DNA from: an uncultured Phycisphaerales bacterium | Lineage (GTDB): Bacteria > Planctomycetota > Phycisphaerae > Sedimentisphaerales > Anaerobacaceae | Reading direction: 5' to 3' | Assembly (NCBI GenBank): GCA_963718665.1 | Contig: OY970359.1 | Coordinates: 2,496,001 to 2,560,000 of the forward strand | DNA: 64,000 nucleotides | Notes under the pieces: generated by a model | What the model saw: only the letters and a program-made list of their open reading frames with translations | Database searches by the model: none | Told to the model about the DNA's origin: nothing | Shown: in pieces, positions 18,960 through 28,235 of the stretch | Position numbering within the stretch: position 1 is the stretch's first letter | Layout: the number at the start of each line of letters is the position of its first letter | Position numbers and translations under genes: made by a program

Positions 18960-19208
18960 ACAGTTTTTATTCCCACAGTAGCAGTTTGTGAGCTATTGTG
19001 GGCGAGGCCGTGGGGGGAAACGACGTGGGGCAAGGTAGCCAGGATACTTCCTGTTCTGTATTGCATAGTTGCCGGCCTTTTTAAAATATTTCGTATTTTC
19101 CGAAAAATTTCTGTTGGCGCGGTAGCACTAATTTGATATTTGTATGCGCAGATAGAAAGCCGTGTTGGCTGAACGTATAACATTTATTATTTTTAGGAGG
19201 AGTTGATT

Positions 19209-20213
19209 ATGAACAGAATTATGGTTTTGGCGGCGATGGTGATGTTAACTTTTGTTGCCGCAGTCAGGGGCGATGGGCCCACCGTTGCTGCAGTGACTAA
19301 CTGGCAGCTTCAGGCGGTTGATGAGGACGGCGTCGGGACCTATGACGCCACGGACAAAGTCACCATCACCGGAATCGTCCTTAATAATCCTGAAGAGATG
19401 CTCGACCCAACCCCGAGCACGACCGGTATGGGCGGCCAGTGGCAGGTTTACATCCAGGGCGAAGGTAGCGACCACGCTGGCACCGCCGTTTATATGGGGC
19501 AAAATTACGTCATGATGGGGGGCGGGAACGAAACGGCTGACCAGTGGTCTTCGAAAATGTGGAGTGCGAATCACGACCCCAATACCGGTTACACTTTCCA
19601 CATAGGCGACAGGGTAAGCGTAACCGGCTGGTATACGTTCTACGACGGCAAGACGAACATCAATCAACAACATAACACCGACCCGTTCTATGACTTTAAT
19701 GTTGTGCTGGTTACCCCGGCGGCAGGATTACCTCAGCCGGAAACTATTACCCTCAGTATGGTAAAGAACAGCAGCAACCAGTTTATCTTTGACCCGACCA
19801 GAACAACCGGCTGCGAGTATTACCAGGCGAGATTAGTGCGGGTTGACGACGTCAATATCACTGACCCCAACGACTGGGCTCCTAATAATACCCTGACGGT
19901 TATGGATAACGCCGGCCGGACCTTCCCGCTGCTGCTCGGTATCGGTGACGGCTTCACAAAATATTCCTGTCCGACGGGCCAAATCAGCATCATCGGGATT
20001 TTCGACCAGGAAAGTACCGATAATACAGATGGATATCGGCTGTGGGTTACCAATTACGACGGCAACGGCTTGGTATTGACCGACCGCAGACACAAGAGAG
20101 GCAACCTGCCCGGTGATATTAATTCGGATTATATGGTTGATTTTACGGACTTCGCCGAACTTGCGAACAACTGGCTCCAGCAGGCGCCGGGCCTGTATCC
20201 CGGCAGCCCCTAA
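19209..20213 (+). CDS. Secreted beta-rich protein with C-terminal dockerin-like motif
   Basis: Signal peptide; GDINSDYMVDFTDFAELANNWL EF-hand/dockerin-like tail; RBS aggagg. Confidence 0.7.
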   Translation: MNRIMVLAAMVMLTFVAAVRGDGPTVAAVTNWQLQAVDEDGVGTYDATDKVTITGIVLNNPEEMLDPTPSTTGMGGQWQVYIQGEGSDHAGTAVYMGQNYVMMGGGNETADQWSSKMWSANHDPNTGYTFHIGDRVSVTGWYTFYDGKTNINQQHNTDPFYDFNVVLVTPAAGLPQPETITLSMVKNSSNQFIFDPTRTTGCEYYQARLVRVDDVNITDPNDWAPNNTLTVMDNAGRTFPLLLGIGDGFTKYSCPTGQISIIGIFDQESTDNTDGYRLWVTNYDGNGLVLTDRRHKRGNLPGDINSDYMVDFTDFAELANNWLQQAPGLYPGSP

Positions 20214-20219
20214 TTACGG

Positions 20220-20948
20220 ATGAAACGGGCCTTCACCTTAATAGAAATTCTGGTTGTTATCTCGATCATCGGGCTGCTGATGGGAATGCTGCTGCCTGCT
20301 GTTTCACGGGCGAGAGAGCAGGCTAAAGTTACCGTTGTTAACGCCGAGCTTCGCCAGATAGGTATTGCGATGGATATGTATTTCGATGATAACCATAAGT
20401 ATCCTCCTACTCAAGAAGATTGTGCCACGGGCAAATTGACGGACCACTTGTATCAGCTTCCCAGGGCGCTGATTACAAGCCATTATCTTCCGTCAATGCC
20501 AAAAGACCAGGCGATGACGACGAATTTGGAAGACAGGTATCACCTTGGCCATACCTATAAGTACCGGAGTTGCGGTGAGGTAATTGTGAGTACTAACGTC
20601 ATTGCGCCATATATGTGCGCAGAGCTATGGATACCCGATAATTTCCCCACAAGCAGCAGCATCGACCCTGAAGAAGGTCAATGGCGTCCTGACGATAACG
20701 AATGCAATCCGTACTCGAAGGGAAATAAGAGTTTCTTCCCTCTGGTTTCGCCAGTAAGCTGGGTGGTTTTCAGTTTGGGGCCTAATTTCAGCCAGGACTG
20801 GCTCGATGAAAAACTCGGCGCAGATAATGACAACAGATATCCCGTGCCTAAAGAATTATGGTACACGCCGAAGGAGCGCAGGGGGTTCATTGTAAGAATG
20901 CGAATTAAAAACGGGGCACAGATTGGTTCATTTGAAGGTAACCAATAA
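20220..20948 (+). CDS. Prepilin-type N-terminal cleavage/methylation protein (pseudopilin-like)
   Basis: MKRAFTLIEILVVISIIGLLMGMLLPAVSRAREQA. Confidence 0.88.
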   Translation: MKRAFTLIEILVVISIIGLLMGMLLPAVSRAREQAKVTVVNAELRQIGIAMDMYFDDNHKYPPTQEDCATGKLTDHLYQLPRALITSHYLPSMPKDQAMTTNLEDRYHLGHTYKYRSCGEVIVSTNVIAPYMCAELWIPDNFPTSSSIDPEEGQWRPDDNECNPYSKGNKSFFPLVSPVSWVVFSLGPNFSQDWLDEKLGADNDNRYPVPKELWYTPKERRGFIVRMRIKNGAQIGSFEGNQ

Positions 20949-20985
20949 ACGAAAGCAATTTAATTGTATCTGAAAGGTGTTGACT

Positions 20986-21459
20986 ATGAGTTGTGTGCAA
21001 GTAAAAGGAATGGTTGTTACTCTGGTTTTTGTGTGTCTTACAGGTTGTATATTTGTTTCGGGATGCTCGATGGGAAATAATAACGAGGCCGAGATGACTC
21101 CAGGAAAAGCTCTGGTAATCGATTTGACAGATGCTCCTGAATATCAGCCGCTTTTGAAAGGTGTGCCGCAAACGTCAGGAATGCACTCGGGCAGGGTATA
21201 TTTGAAACCTGGCGAGGAGTGCGGCAGGCACAGCACGGGAAGCCACGAGGAAATGCTTGTTTTTCTGGCAGGCAGAGGCGAAGCCATGATTGGTAAGAAA
21301 GGGCGACCAGTGGGGGAGGGAAAGATTTGTTATATACCACCTTATACGTTTCATAACATTAAAAACACAGGCACTGAGCCGCTTGTTTATATTTACTGTG
21401 TTGCGCCTGTGAGTCCGGCCGTTGCGGACGGTGCGGATGAGCATCAACACCAGCATTAA
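20986..21459 (+). CDS. Cupin-domain protein, probable lipoprotein with His-rich tail
   Basis: FVSGC lipobox-like; HST..HEE and YIPPYTFHNIKNTG cupin motifs; ends EHQHQH. Confidence 0.8.
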   Translation: MSCVQVKGMVVTLVFVCLTGCIFVSGCSMGNNNEAEMTPGKALVIDLTDAPEYQPLLKGVPQTSGMHSGRVYLKPGEECGRHSTGSHEEMLVFLAGRGEAMIGKKGRPVGEGKICYIPPYTFHNIKNTGTEPLVYIYCVAPVSPAVADGADEHQHQH

Positions 21460-21498
21460 ATAATCGCAACAGACAGGTTTTTTCGAGGATTTTTTGTG

Positions 21499-21531
21499 TT
21501 GATAGGTTCATAAGAATTTGTTATTCTTATG
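21499..21531 (+). promoter_or_regulatory. Promoter overlapped by a perfect 9-5-9 inverted repeat (putative operator)
   Basis: ttgata(21499)-N17-tattct(21522); cataagaat-ttgtt-attcttatg at 21509-21531. Confidence 0.6.
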
Positions 21532-21592
21532 CGCTGGCTATTTGCTCAAAATGCGAATGGTGCACGGCGGACGTCGAAAGGGGAAATGAATT

Positions 21593-22609
21593 ATGCATAT
21601 GGCGAATGAATTATTGTCGGTGCCGGTGGCTACGGGGACATTGGCAATTGCGGGAGGGTGTCTGGGGCTGATTTGCAAAAAAGTCAGCAAAATTGTCAGT
21701 TCGGATAAATTGCCCCTGATGGGTATTCTTGGCGCGTTCATATTCGCAGCGCAAATGGTCAACTTTCAGCTTCCTGCGATGCCCGGCACAAGCGGCCATA
21801 TGGTCGGAGCCGTCCTGCTGGCGATTATATTAGGCCCGCATCTGGCGGCGATTGTCATTTCATCGGTAATTATCGTGCAGTGCCTCATCTTCCAGGACGG
21901 CGGTCTACTTGCCCTTGGCTGTAATATCATCAATATGGCCCTTGTACCGTCTTATGTCGGTTATTTTCTTTATAAAGGGATAACAGCGGGACAATGCAGC
22001 AGCAGGCGAACATACATCGGCGCGATGCTGGCTTGCGTGGTTGCTGTGGAAAGTGGAGCGGTTTTAGTCCCCATCGAGGCGACTTTATCCGGCGTGCTTG
22101 CGGTTCCATTCTCGACTTTTCTTATAACAATGATAGGCGTGCATTTTCTTGTTGGTTTGGTTGAGGGTCTGATTACCGTAGCTGTTCTGGGCTATATTCA
22201 GCAGGTCAGGCCTGATTTGGTTTTGAATTCACTACCCGGCAAAATCCGGCTAAGCCGAAAAACTGTGCTGGTAACATTGCTGGTTTTCGCGATGATTGCA
22301 GCCGCCGGGCTTTCACTGCTGGCGTCGAAAATGCCCGATGGACTTGAGTGGAGCTATCGCGAAAGACCCGACCAGCCCGATTTCAAGCCGGTTATCACGA
22401 ATGAAAATACAACAATCAATGCGGTTGACCAGTTGCAGTCAAAATACACGCCTTTGCCCGATTATACCCTGCGAGGCGCATCCGCGGACACCTCAAAGGC
22501 ATGGACAAGCTTCGCGGGTGTTTCGGGTTCACTCCTGACGATGCTGGCGGTCTGGGCGGGTATGTCGCTGATGAGAAGAAAAGAAGCAAAGGCGCTAAGT
22601 GGTTCGTAA
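21593..22609 (+). CDS. cbiM: Ni/Co ECF transporter S component CbiM/NikM fused to a PDGLE (NikN-like) domain
   Basis: MHMANELLS N-terminus, PGTSGH, FQDGG, ASKMPDGLEW. Confidence 0.88.
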   Translation: MHMANELLSVPVATGTLAIAGGCLGLICKKVSKIVSSDKLPLMGILGAFIFAAQMVNFQLPAMPGTSGHMVGAVLLAIILGPHLAAIVISSVIIVQCLIFQDGGLLALGCNIINMALVPSYVGYFLYKGITAGQCSSRRTYIGAMLACVVAVESGAVLVPIEATLSGVLAVPFSTFLITMIGVHFLVGLVEGLITVAVLGYIQQVRPDLVLNSLPGKIRLSRKTVLVTLLVFAMIAAAGLSLLASKMPDGLEWSYRERPDQPDFKPVITNENTTINAVDQLQSKYTPLPDYTLRGASADTSKAWTSFAGVSGSLLTMLAVWAGMSLMRRKEAKALSGS

Positions 22610-23386
22610 ATGCACCACGCGTACATAGACAAATTCGCTTACCAGGATTCACCGATACATCGCCTTGACGCAAGGGTGAAGTTTATTATCACGGTTGTTT
22701 TTACAGCCGTGATAATTTCGCTGCCTCGCACTTCGGTTAGTATCTTATTTTGTTATGCCGTCGGGCCGTTTGTCATTTTGGTTATGGGTGGCATACCGCT
22801 GCGTTTTACGCTCAAGCATATTCTGTATGTCAGCCCTTTTGTGCTTGTGCTGGCGTTTACCGGCCCCTGGTATGACAGGACAGCCGCGACGGTTGTTTTT
22901 GGCCCGTGGATTTGGCACACGACCGTCGGCTGGCTTCGTTGCTGGGGTATCCTCAGCAAATTTGTGGTTACCATGCTGGCCCTGATTGCGCTGATTTCGA
23001 CTACCCGCTTTGCGAATCTGCTTGCGGGTCTTCAACGGCTTGGCGTACCTCGGCTGCTGGTTATCCAGATGGGATTTTTATATCGATACATTTTTCTCCT
23101 GATTGACAGCGCCCATCATATCCTGCGTGCCCGTGCCGCACGCTCGGCGGGCGGAGTGGCTTTCGGCAGGGGAGTCAAATACGCCGCTGCTATGGTCGGC
23201 TCATTATTTGTCCGCAGTATTGATGCCGCTGAGCATATAAACGCCGCTATGCAGGCACGCGGTTTCGACGGCAACTGGCGAACCATCAATCGGCTGGAAG
23301 TCCATGTCGCTGATTATATTTTTATTGTTATCGCCGCCTGTTTTATTCTTGGATTGTATTTTTTTGTCAAACCTGTTTTGGGATAG
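22610..23386 (+). CDS. cbiQ: ECF transporter T component CbiQ/NikQ
   Basis: SPIHRLDARVK, RYIFLL, AMQARGFDG. Confidence 0.9.
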   Translation: MHHAYIDKFAYQDSPIHRLDARVKFIITVVFTAVIISLPRTSVSILFCYAVGPFVILVMGGIPLRFTLKHILYVSPFVLVLAFTGPWYDRTAATVVFGPWIWHTTVGWLRCWGILSKFVVTMLALIALISTTRFANLLAGLQRLGVPRLLVIQMGFLYRYIFLLIDSAHHILRARAARSAGGVAFGRGVKYAAAMVGSLFVRSIDAAEHINAAMQARGFDGNWRTINRLEVHVADYIFIVIAACFILGLYFFVKPVLG

Positions 23387-23392
23387 CCGGCT

Positions 23393-24133
23393 ATGGTAAA
23401 AGCGATAGAGGTTGAAAATTTTTCATACAGGTATCCCGACGGGACGATTGCTCTCAATGGTATTACGCTCGACGTCGAATATGGCGAGCGTCTCGCCCTG
23501 ATAGGCCCCAACGGCGCGGGCAAATCCACGCTGCTTTTGGCGATTACGGGTTTTGTCAGGGGAACAGGCAGGGTGGTTGTTGACGGGCTGGAAATCACAA
23601 ACGGCAATCTAAAGCAGGTGCGTTCACGAATCGGCTGTTGTCTTGAAAACCCAGAAGACCAGCTTTTTATGCCGACGCTTTTTGATGATGTGGCGTTTGG
23701 GCCGTTGAATATGGGTCTCGATTCTCAACAAGTCAAAGAGCGGGTTAATCTTGCCTTGGCCGAAGTCGGTCTTGCAGGGATGGCCGAGCGTGCGCCACAT
23801 CACCTCTCCGCAGGCCAGAAACGCGCCGCGGCAATAGCTACCGTGCTGTCAATGTCCCCGAAGATTATCACGCTCGATGAACCGGATGGCTCGCTGGACC
23901 CGCGAAACCGCGACAATCTTGTCAAGCTGCTTGCCGGGTTATCTCAGACGCTTGTTATAGCGACCTGCAATATGGATTTTGCCGCCGCTGTTGCTGATAA
24001 GGCGGCTGTGATTGACGGCGGAAGGGTTATTGCCGCCGGACCTGCAAAAAAGATAATGTCTGATTCAAAACTTATGACGAGTCACGGGCTGGAAGTGCCG
24101 AGAAAATTTATAAGTGGCTGGTCGCCGGCCTGA
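23393..24133 (+). CDS. cbiO: ECF transporter ATPase CbiO/NikO
   Basis: GPNGAGKST, LSAGQ, LDEP. Confidence 0.9.
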   Translation: MVKAIEVENFSYRYPDGTIALNGITLDVEYGERLALIGPNGAGKSTLLLAITGFVRGTGRVVVDGLEITNGNLKQVRSRIGCCLENPEDQLFMPTLFDDVAFGPLNMGLDSQQVKERVNLALAEVGLAGMAERAPHHLSAGQKRAAAIATVLSMSPKIITLDEPDGSLDPRNRDNLVKLLAGLSQTLVIATCNMDFAAAVADKAAVIDGGRVIAAGPAKKIMSDSKLMTSHGLEVPRKFISGWSPA

Positions 24134-24144
24134 TTATTTAGCGG

Positions 24145-24420
24145 TTAGAAAGTGATTCTGAAATCGGTGAGTTTCGGGTCGGGTGTCGCTTCCTCAATAT
24201 CTATATGGCTTATGGTCCCTACGAAGGAATCCTGCAGGTCGCGGATGCAGTTGTCTATCATTTCTGCTGGCCCCTGGGCAAACATTTCAACGTCGCCGTC
24301 CGGAACATTTCGCACGTAGCCCGTCAGACCGCATCGGTTGGCTACATTCAGGGCCGTAAACCGAAAACCTACGCCCTGAATGCGTCCCGAAAAGACAATG
24401 TGTCTTGCAATTACGTCCAT
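24145..24420 (-). CDS. acyP: Acylphosphatase
   Basis: SGRIQGVGFR, GYVRNVPDGDVE. Confidence 0.93.
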   Translation of the reverse strand: MDVIARHIVFSGRIQGVGFRFTALNVANRCGLTGYVRNVPDGDVEMFAQGPAEMIDNCIRDLQDSFVGTISHIDIEEATPDPKLTDFRITF

Positions 24421-24618
24421 AGATAACCTCTTATCGCAAAAAACTAACTTTCTCAACATTCTATGCTAACCAAAAAACATATTATATGCAAGCGCGGGTT
24501 AATGACTAATTTGATATTCACGGATGGCTTGACGTAGGGTATAATCTCCCGACTGTTTAGTACTAAAAATAATGATTTTTTCCGCACAACTTTGCGGTTG
24601 TATCAGTATTGGTTGGCT

Positions 24619-25893
24619 ATGCCTGTAAGAACGAAAGAGCAAATTGAACGGGATGAGCAGATATACCAGATAACGACGCTGGTAGCCGGCCGCTTTACGC
24701 TCCAGGAAGCGCTCGACAAGCTTGCCGAGGCCGCGGTCAAAATCACCGGCCTCAAGGCCTGCTCGATTCGCCTGCTCGACGAAGATGCCGGTGACCTGAA
24801 GATGCGAAGCACCTACGGGCTGAGCGAAGAATATCGCAACAAGGGCGTTGTCACCAAAGACGACCCTGTTATCAAGGCCGCCTTCGCGGGTGAAGCCGTC
24901 GTCCTCGATGATATGCAGGATGACGACAGGGTCTCATTCAGGGAATCCACGATAAAAGAAGGACTCGTCGGCCAGCTCACCGTCGCGATGAAATTCAGAG
25001 ATAAGCCTATCGGCGTCCTGCGGCTTTACAGCGGAAAACCCGTGCATTTTAAAGATGACGATATTGACCTTGCAAGAGCCATCGGTTCGCAGTGCGCCGT
25101 CGCTATCACCAACGCCAAGCTTTACGCCGAGGCCATTGAGGGCGCCCGAATCACCGAGCAGATGCGCCTCGCGGGGCATATCCAGCGGCGAATGATTCCG
25201 GAAAAGGCGCCTCAGGTCTCAGGACTTGATATAGCCGCTACGTATATCCCCTGTTTCGACGTGGGCGGCGACTTTTACGATTTTCTGGAACTGGGCGACA
25301 ACAAAATCGGTATCGTCATTGCCGATGTTATCGGCAAAGGTATCCCGGCTGCGATTATGACAAGCTCGTTTCGCGGTGCGCTGCGGGCTTATTCGGAATG
25401 GACCGATGAGCTGCTCGAAACTGTTCGCCGGCTCAATAAAATGGCGTGCAAGGAATGCGCCGCGGGAGAATTTATCTCCCTGTTTTATGGCATTATCGAC
25501 GTGAGCAAAAAAAACATCACCTATTGCAACTGCGGCCACGAACCGCCCGCTTTATACAGGGACAAACATATCATTGACCTGAACAAGGGCGGTCTTGTCC
25601 TTGGCGTTTTGCCGAATGCCGAGTACCAGTCGGAAACCGTTCAGTTAAACGAAAATGATTATCTGCTTTTTTATACCGACGGGCTGATTGACGCCGCCAA
25701 TTTCGAGGGCGATACATGGGGCAGGGACCTTCTTCTCAAAAGCTTTGGTAAATGCCATATAAGCTCTGCCTCCCAGGTGATTAATAATATACTCGCATAC
25801 CGCAGACGGTTTGTAGGCCTGGCCCGGCAGGTGGATGACACGAGTATGGTCGTCGTCAGGGTCGCAAAACCGGCTGACCCGCTTGTGCGTTAG
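24619..25893 (+). CDS. GAF + SpoIIE/PP2C (RsbU-like) Ser/Thr phosphatase
   Basis: N-terminal GAF; VGGDFYD, ADVIGKG, NCGH, YTDG, DDTS. Confidence 0.9.
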   Translation: MPVRTKEQIERDEQIYQITTLVAGRFTLQEALDKLAEAAVKITGLKACSIRLLDEDAGDLKMRSTYGLSEEYRNKGVVTKDDPVIKAAFAGEAVVLDDMQDDDRVSFRESTIKEGLVGQLTVAMKFRDKPIGVLRLYSGKPVHFKDDDIDLARAIGSQCAVAITNAKLYAEAIEGARITEQMRLAGHIQRRMIPEKAPQVSGLDIAATYIPCFDVGGDFYDFLELGDNKIGIVIADVIGKGIPAAIMTSSFRGALRAYSEWTDELLETVRRLNKMACKECAAGEFISLFYGIIDVSKKNITYCNCGHEPPALYRDKHIIDLNKGGLVLGVLPNAEYQSETVQLNENDYLLFYTDGLIDAANFEGDTWGRDLLLKSFGKCHISSASQVINNILAYRRRFVGLARQVDDTSMVVVRVAKPADPLVR

Positions 25894-25930
25894 GTGGTTA
25901 AAATTTTCTGCGGTCTTTGCGGTTAAATTT

Positions 25931-26614
25931 ATGGCTCGACTTGTAATTACTATTGATGGTCCAGCCGCCAGCGGCAAAAGCACCGTTGCCCGCTTACTGG
26001 CGGTGAAACTTGACGCTGTGTTTCTCGATACCGGCGCGATGTATCGGGCTGCCACTCTTGCCGCGATGCTCGATAGTGCGGACATGACTAATCAGCAGCG
26101 AATACTCGAAGTGATTGACGAAAGCGTATTTGAGTTTAAAGCGACCCCTGACGGTATGCTCGTGCGAATCGACGGTGTAGATACCACTACGCAAATACGC
26201 GACCCCAAAGTTACCGAAAATGCCCGTTACGTCGCTTGTCTTGCCCCCGCGCGCCAGCGTCTGGTCGATATGCAAAGGCGGTTTGCTCAGGCGTACGAAA
26301 GGATTGTTAGTGAGGGCAGGGACCAGGGGACGGTTGCTTTTCCCGACGCTAACGTCAAATTTTATCTGACCGCCGACCTCAACGAGAGGGCACGCCGAAG
26401 GCAGGTGGAGCTGAAAGCCAAGGGCATAATGCAAACCGATGATGAAATCCGTCAGGCCATTCTCAAAAGAGACCAGAGCGATGAAAACAGGGCCGTCGGG
26501 CCTTTGAAACCGGCTGATGACGCGGTTATCGTTGATACCACCGACTTGTCTGTCGATGAGGTCGTCGAAAAGCTGGTTGATTTTGTGAAACAGAAATGCC
26601 CAATGAAACTTTAA
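25931..26614 (+). CDS. cmk: Cytidylate kinase
   Basis: IDGPAASGKST, DTGAMYR, EGRDQGT. Confidence 0.95.
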   Translation: MARLVITIDGPAASGKSTVARLLAVKLDAVFLDTGAMYRAATLAAMLDSADMTNQQRILEVIDESVFEFKATPDGMLVRIDGVDTTTQIRDPKVTENARYVACLAPARQRLVDMQRRFAQAYERIVSEGRDQGTVAFPDANVKFYLTADLNERARRRQVELKAKGIMQTDDEIRQAILKRDQSDENRAVGPLKPADDAVIVDTTDLSVDEVVEKLVDFVKQKCPMKL

Positions 26615-27255
26615 AAAATCGCTGGAGTTTATTTGCACGGCGGTGCTGCTGGTTATTCTGCCGAGTGTTTTTCCGTATGCGGTTTATCGGCCTGGAAAAT
26701 ATCCCGGCGAGCGGGCCGTTCATTCTCGCCGTTAATCACCAGAGTTTTTTTGACCCGCTGTTTGCCGGCATTATGTTTAGAGGGCAGCTTTGCTTTATGG
26801 CACGCGACTCACTCTTTAAAAGCAAAATTTTTGGCCCGCTTCTTAAATCGGTCAAGGCGATACCGGTTCGCAGGGGACAGGCCGACCTCGCGTCTATAAA
26901 GGCCATTATCGCCAGGTTGAAGGAGGGCGACGGAGTATGTCTGTTTCCCGAAGCGACACGAACTACCGACGGCAAAATCGCTCCCTTTAAAGGGGGCTTT
27001 ACGCTTTTGTCCCGCCGTGGTAATGCCCCTGTTGTCCCCGTATTGATTGATGGCGCATTCGAATGCTGGCCCAGGCATCGAAAGTTATTCAAAATCGGCT
27101 CGAAGATTACCGTTACTTACGGCCAACCAATATCGGTTGAAAAAATAACAGGTATGGAAGACGACGATTTCGCCGCTATGCTGACCAATACAATGAGACA
27201 AATGCAGTCCGAAACCAGAATCGCCCAGGGCAAACAGCCGTTTAATTATGACTGA
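26596..27255 (+). CDS. plsC: 1-acyl-sn-glycerol-3-phosphate acyltransferase
   Basis: NHQSFFD, FPEATR. Confidence 0.9.
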   Translation: MPNETLKNRWSLFARRCCWLFCRVFFRMRFIGLENIPASGPFILAVNHQSFFDPLFAGIMFRGQLCFMARDSLFKSKIFGPLLKSVKAIPVRRGQADLASIKAIIARLKEGDGVCLFPEATRTTDGKIAPFKGGFTLLSRRGNAPVVPVLIDGAFECWPRHRKLFKIGSKITVTYGQPISVEKITGMEDDDFAAMLTNTMRQMQSETRIAQGKQPFNYD

Positions 27256-27271
27256 ATCCTCATTGGTGCGG

Positions 27272-28180
27272 TTATTTTCTGCTGCTTATTATCTCTTTAA
27301 TACTTCGATTTAGCAGCTTATTAAATTCATCCGGCCGTTCCAGCATTAAAAAATGCCCCGCGCCTTTCATTATCGAAACGTCGAATGACTGCATATATTT
27401 ACGGTTCGCCTCGGACTTTGTGGGCCAGAGGTCCGCGTTAATACATCTTACCGGTACCTTGACTTCCTTGAAAACACTTATCATTTTCTTGTCTGCTATT
27501 GTTCCTGTATATTCCTCAAGCGCGCTTATCGCGATATTCGGCGGCGCCGATGACATATCGTCTATAATCCATTTTTCAAGTTCGGGGTCGATGCCTTTGC
27601 CCATCATCTGTTCCACAAATGTCTTTACCGATGCCTTGAAATCCTTTTTGAATCCGTCTATCCCTATCAGCTTGCCGGCTTCCTCTCTGCTGTACCACTC
27701 TTCCACGTTTTGCAGGGTATCGACGCCTATAATCCCGATAACTTTCTTCTGCTCCATGCTCGCCGCTGTCGCGACTATTTCCCCGCCAAATGAATGCCCG
27801 ATTACAATTACCTTGTTTGCGTCAACCGCCTCGATTACCGCCTTAACGTCCTGCGCGAAACTTTCCACCGAATAAATTTTGCGACCCATGCTCGAATTGC
27901 CGTGTCCCGCCAAATCCATCGTAACTACCCTGTATTCCCTGGCAAAAATCGGCACCTGCTCCCGCCAGTATCTGCTGTCACAGCTCCACCCGTGAACGAA
28001 TACCAGGGTTACATCACCGCTGCCGTAGACGTTATAAGTTATCGTCTCCCCGTCAAATGATTTGACACAGCGAATCTGGCCGCAGGGCTTTTTTGCTGAA
28101 CAGGATAGGGAAAGAATCGCAGTTGCGGCCAATAAAATTGTCGGGAAGCCAAATTTGTGTATTAAAGAGCTTTTTGTCAT
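27272..28180 (-). CDS. Alpha/beta hydrolase lipoprotein
   Basis: LSLSC lipobox; FVHGW, GHGNS, GHSFG nucleophile elbow, GHFLMLE; RBS ggagg. Confidence 0.88.
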   Translation of the reverse strand: MTKSSLIHKFGFPTILLAATAILSLSCSAKKPCGQIRCVKSFDGETITYNVYGSGDVTLVFVHGWSCDSRYWREQVPIFAREYRVVTMDLAGHGNSSMGRKIYSVESFAQDVKAVIEAVDANKVIVIGHSFGGEIVATAASMEQKKVIGIIGVDTLQNVEEWYSREEAGKLIGIDGFKKDFKASVKTFVEQMMGKGIDPELEKWIIDDMSSAPPNIAISALEEYTGTIADKKMISVFKEVKVPVRCINADLWPTKSEANRKYMQSFDVSIMKGAGHFLMLERPDEFNKLLNRSIKEIISSRK

Positions 28181-28200
28181 AACTTCCTCCCTGTTTTTTA

Positions 28201-28235
28201 AATTCGTAAATAATAATTCATAAATCATAAATGAA
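28201..28235. repeat. Degenerate heptamer tandem repeat (intergenic)
   Basis: aattcgt aaataat aattcat aaatcat aaatgaa. Confidence 0.5.

Noticed and set aside
19122..19150. gtagcac...tgtatgc as a NikR-like operator
   Set aside because: The second half-site is too degenerate to support a call
21558..21586. tggtgc...aaaggggaa resembling the start of a cobalamin riboswitch before cbiM
   Set aside because: It runs straight into the RBS and start codon, leaving no room for the B12 box or core helices
24714..24730. tcgacaagcttgccg resembling the phoR repeat core
   Set aside because: It encodes ordinary helix residues (LDKLA) of the GAF domain and lacks the flanking element sequence
25835..25930. 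N-terminal extensions in the ORF track (cmk, pstC, dprA, hydrolase, arsC)
   Set aside because: Downstream starts fit family N-termini and RBS positions better, and the extensions cross repeats, promoters or hairpins
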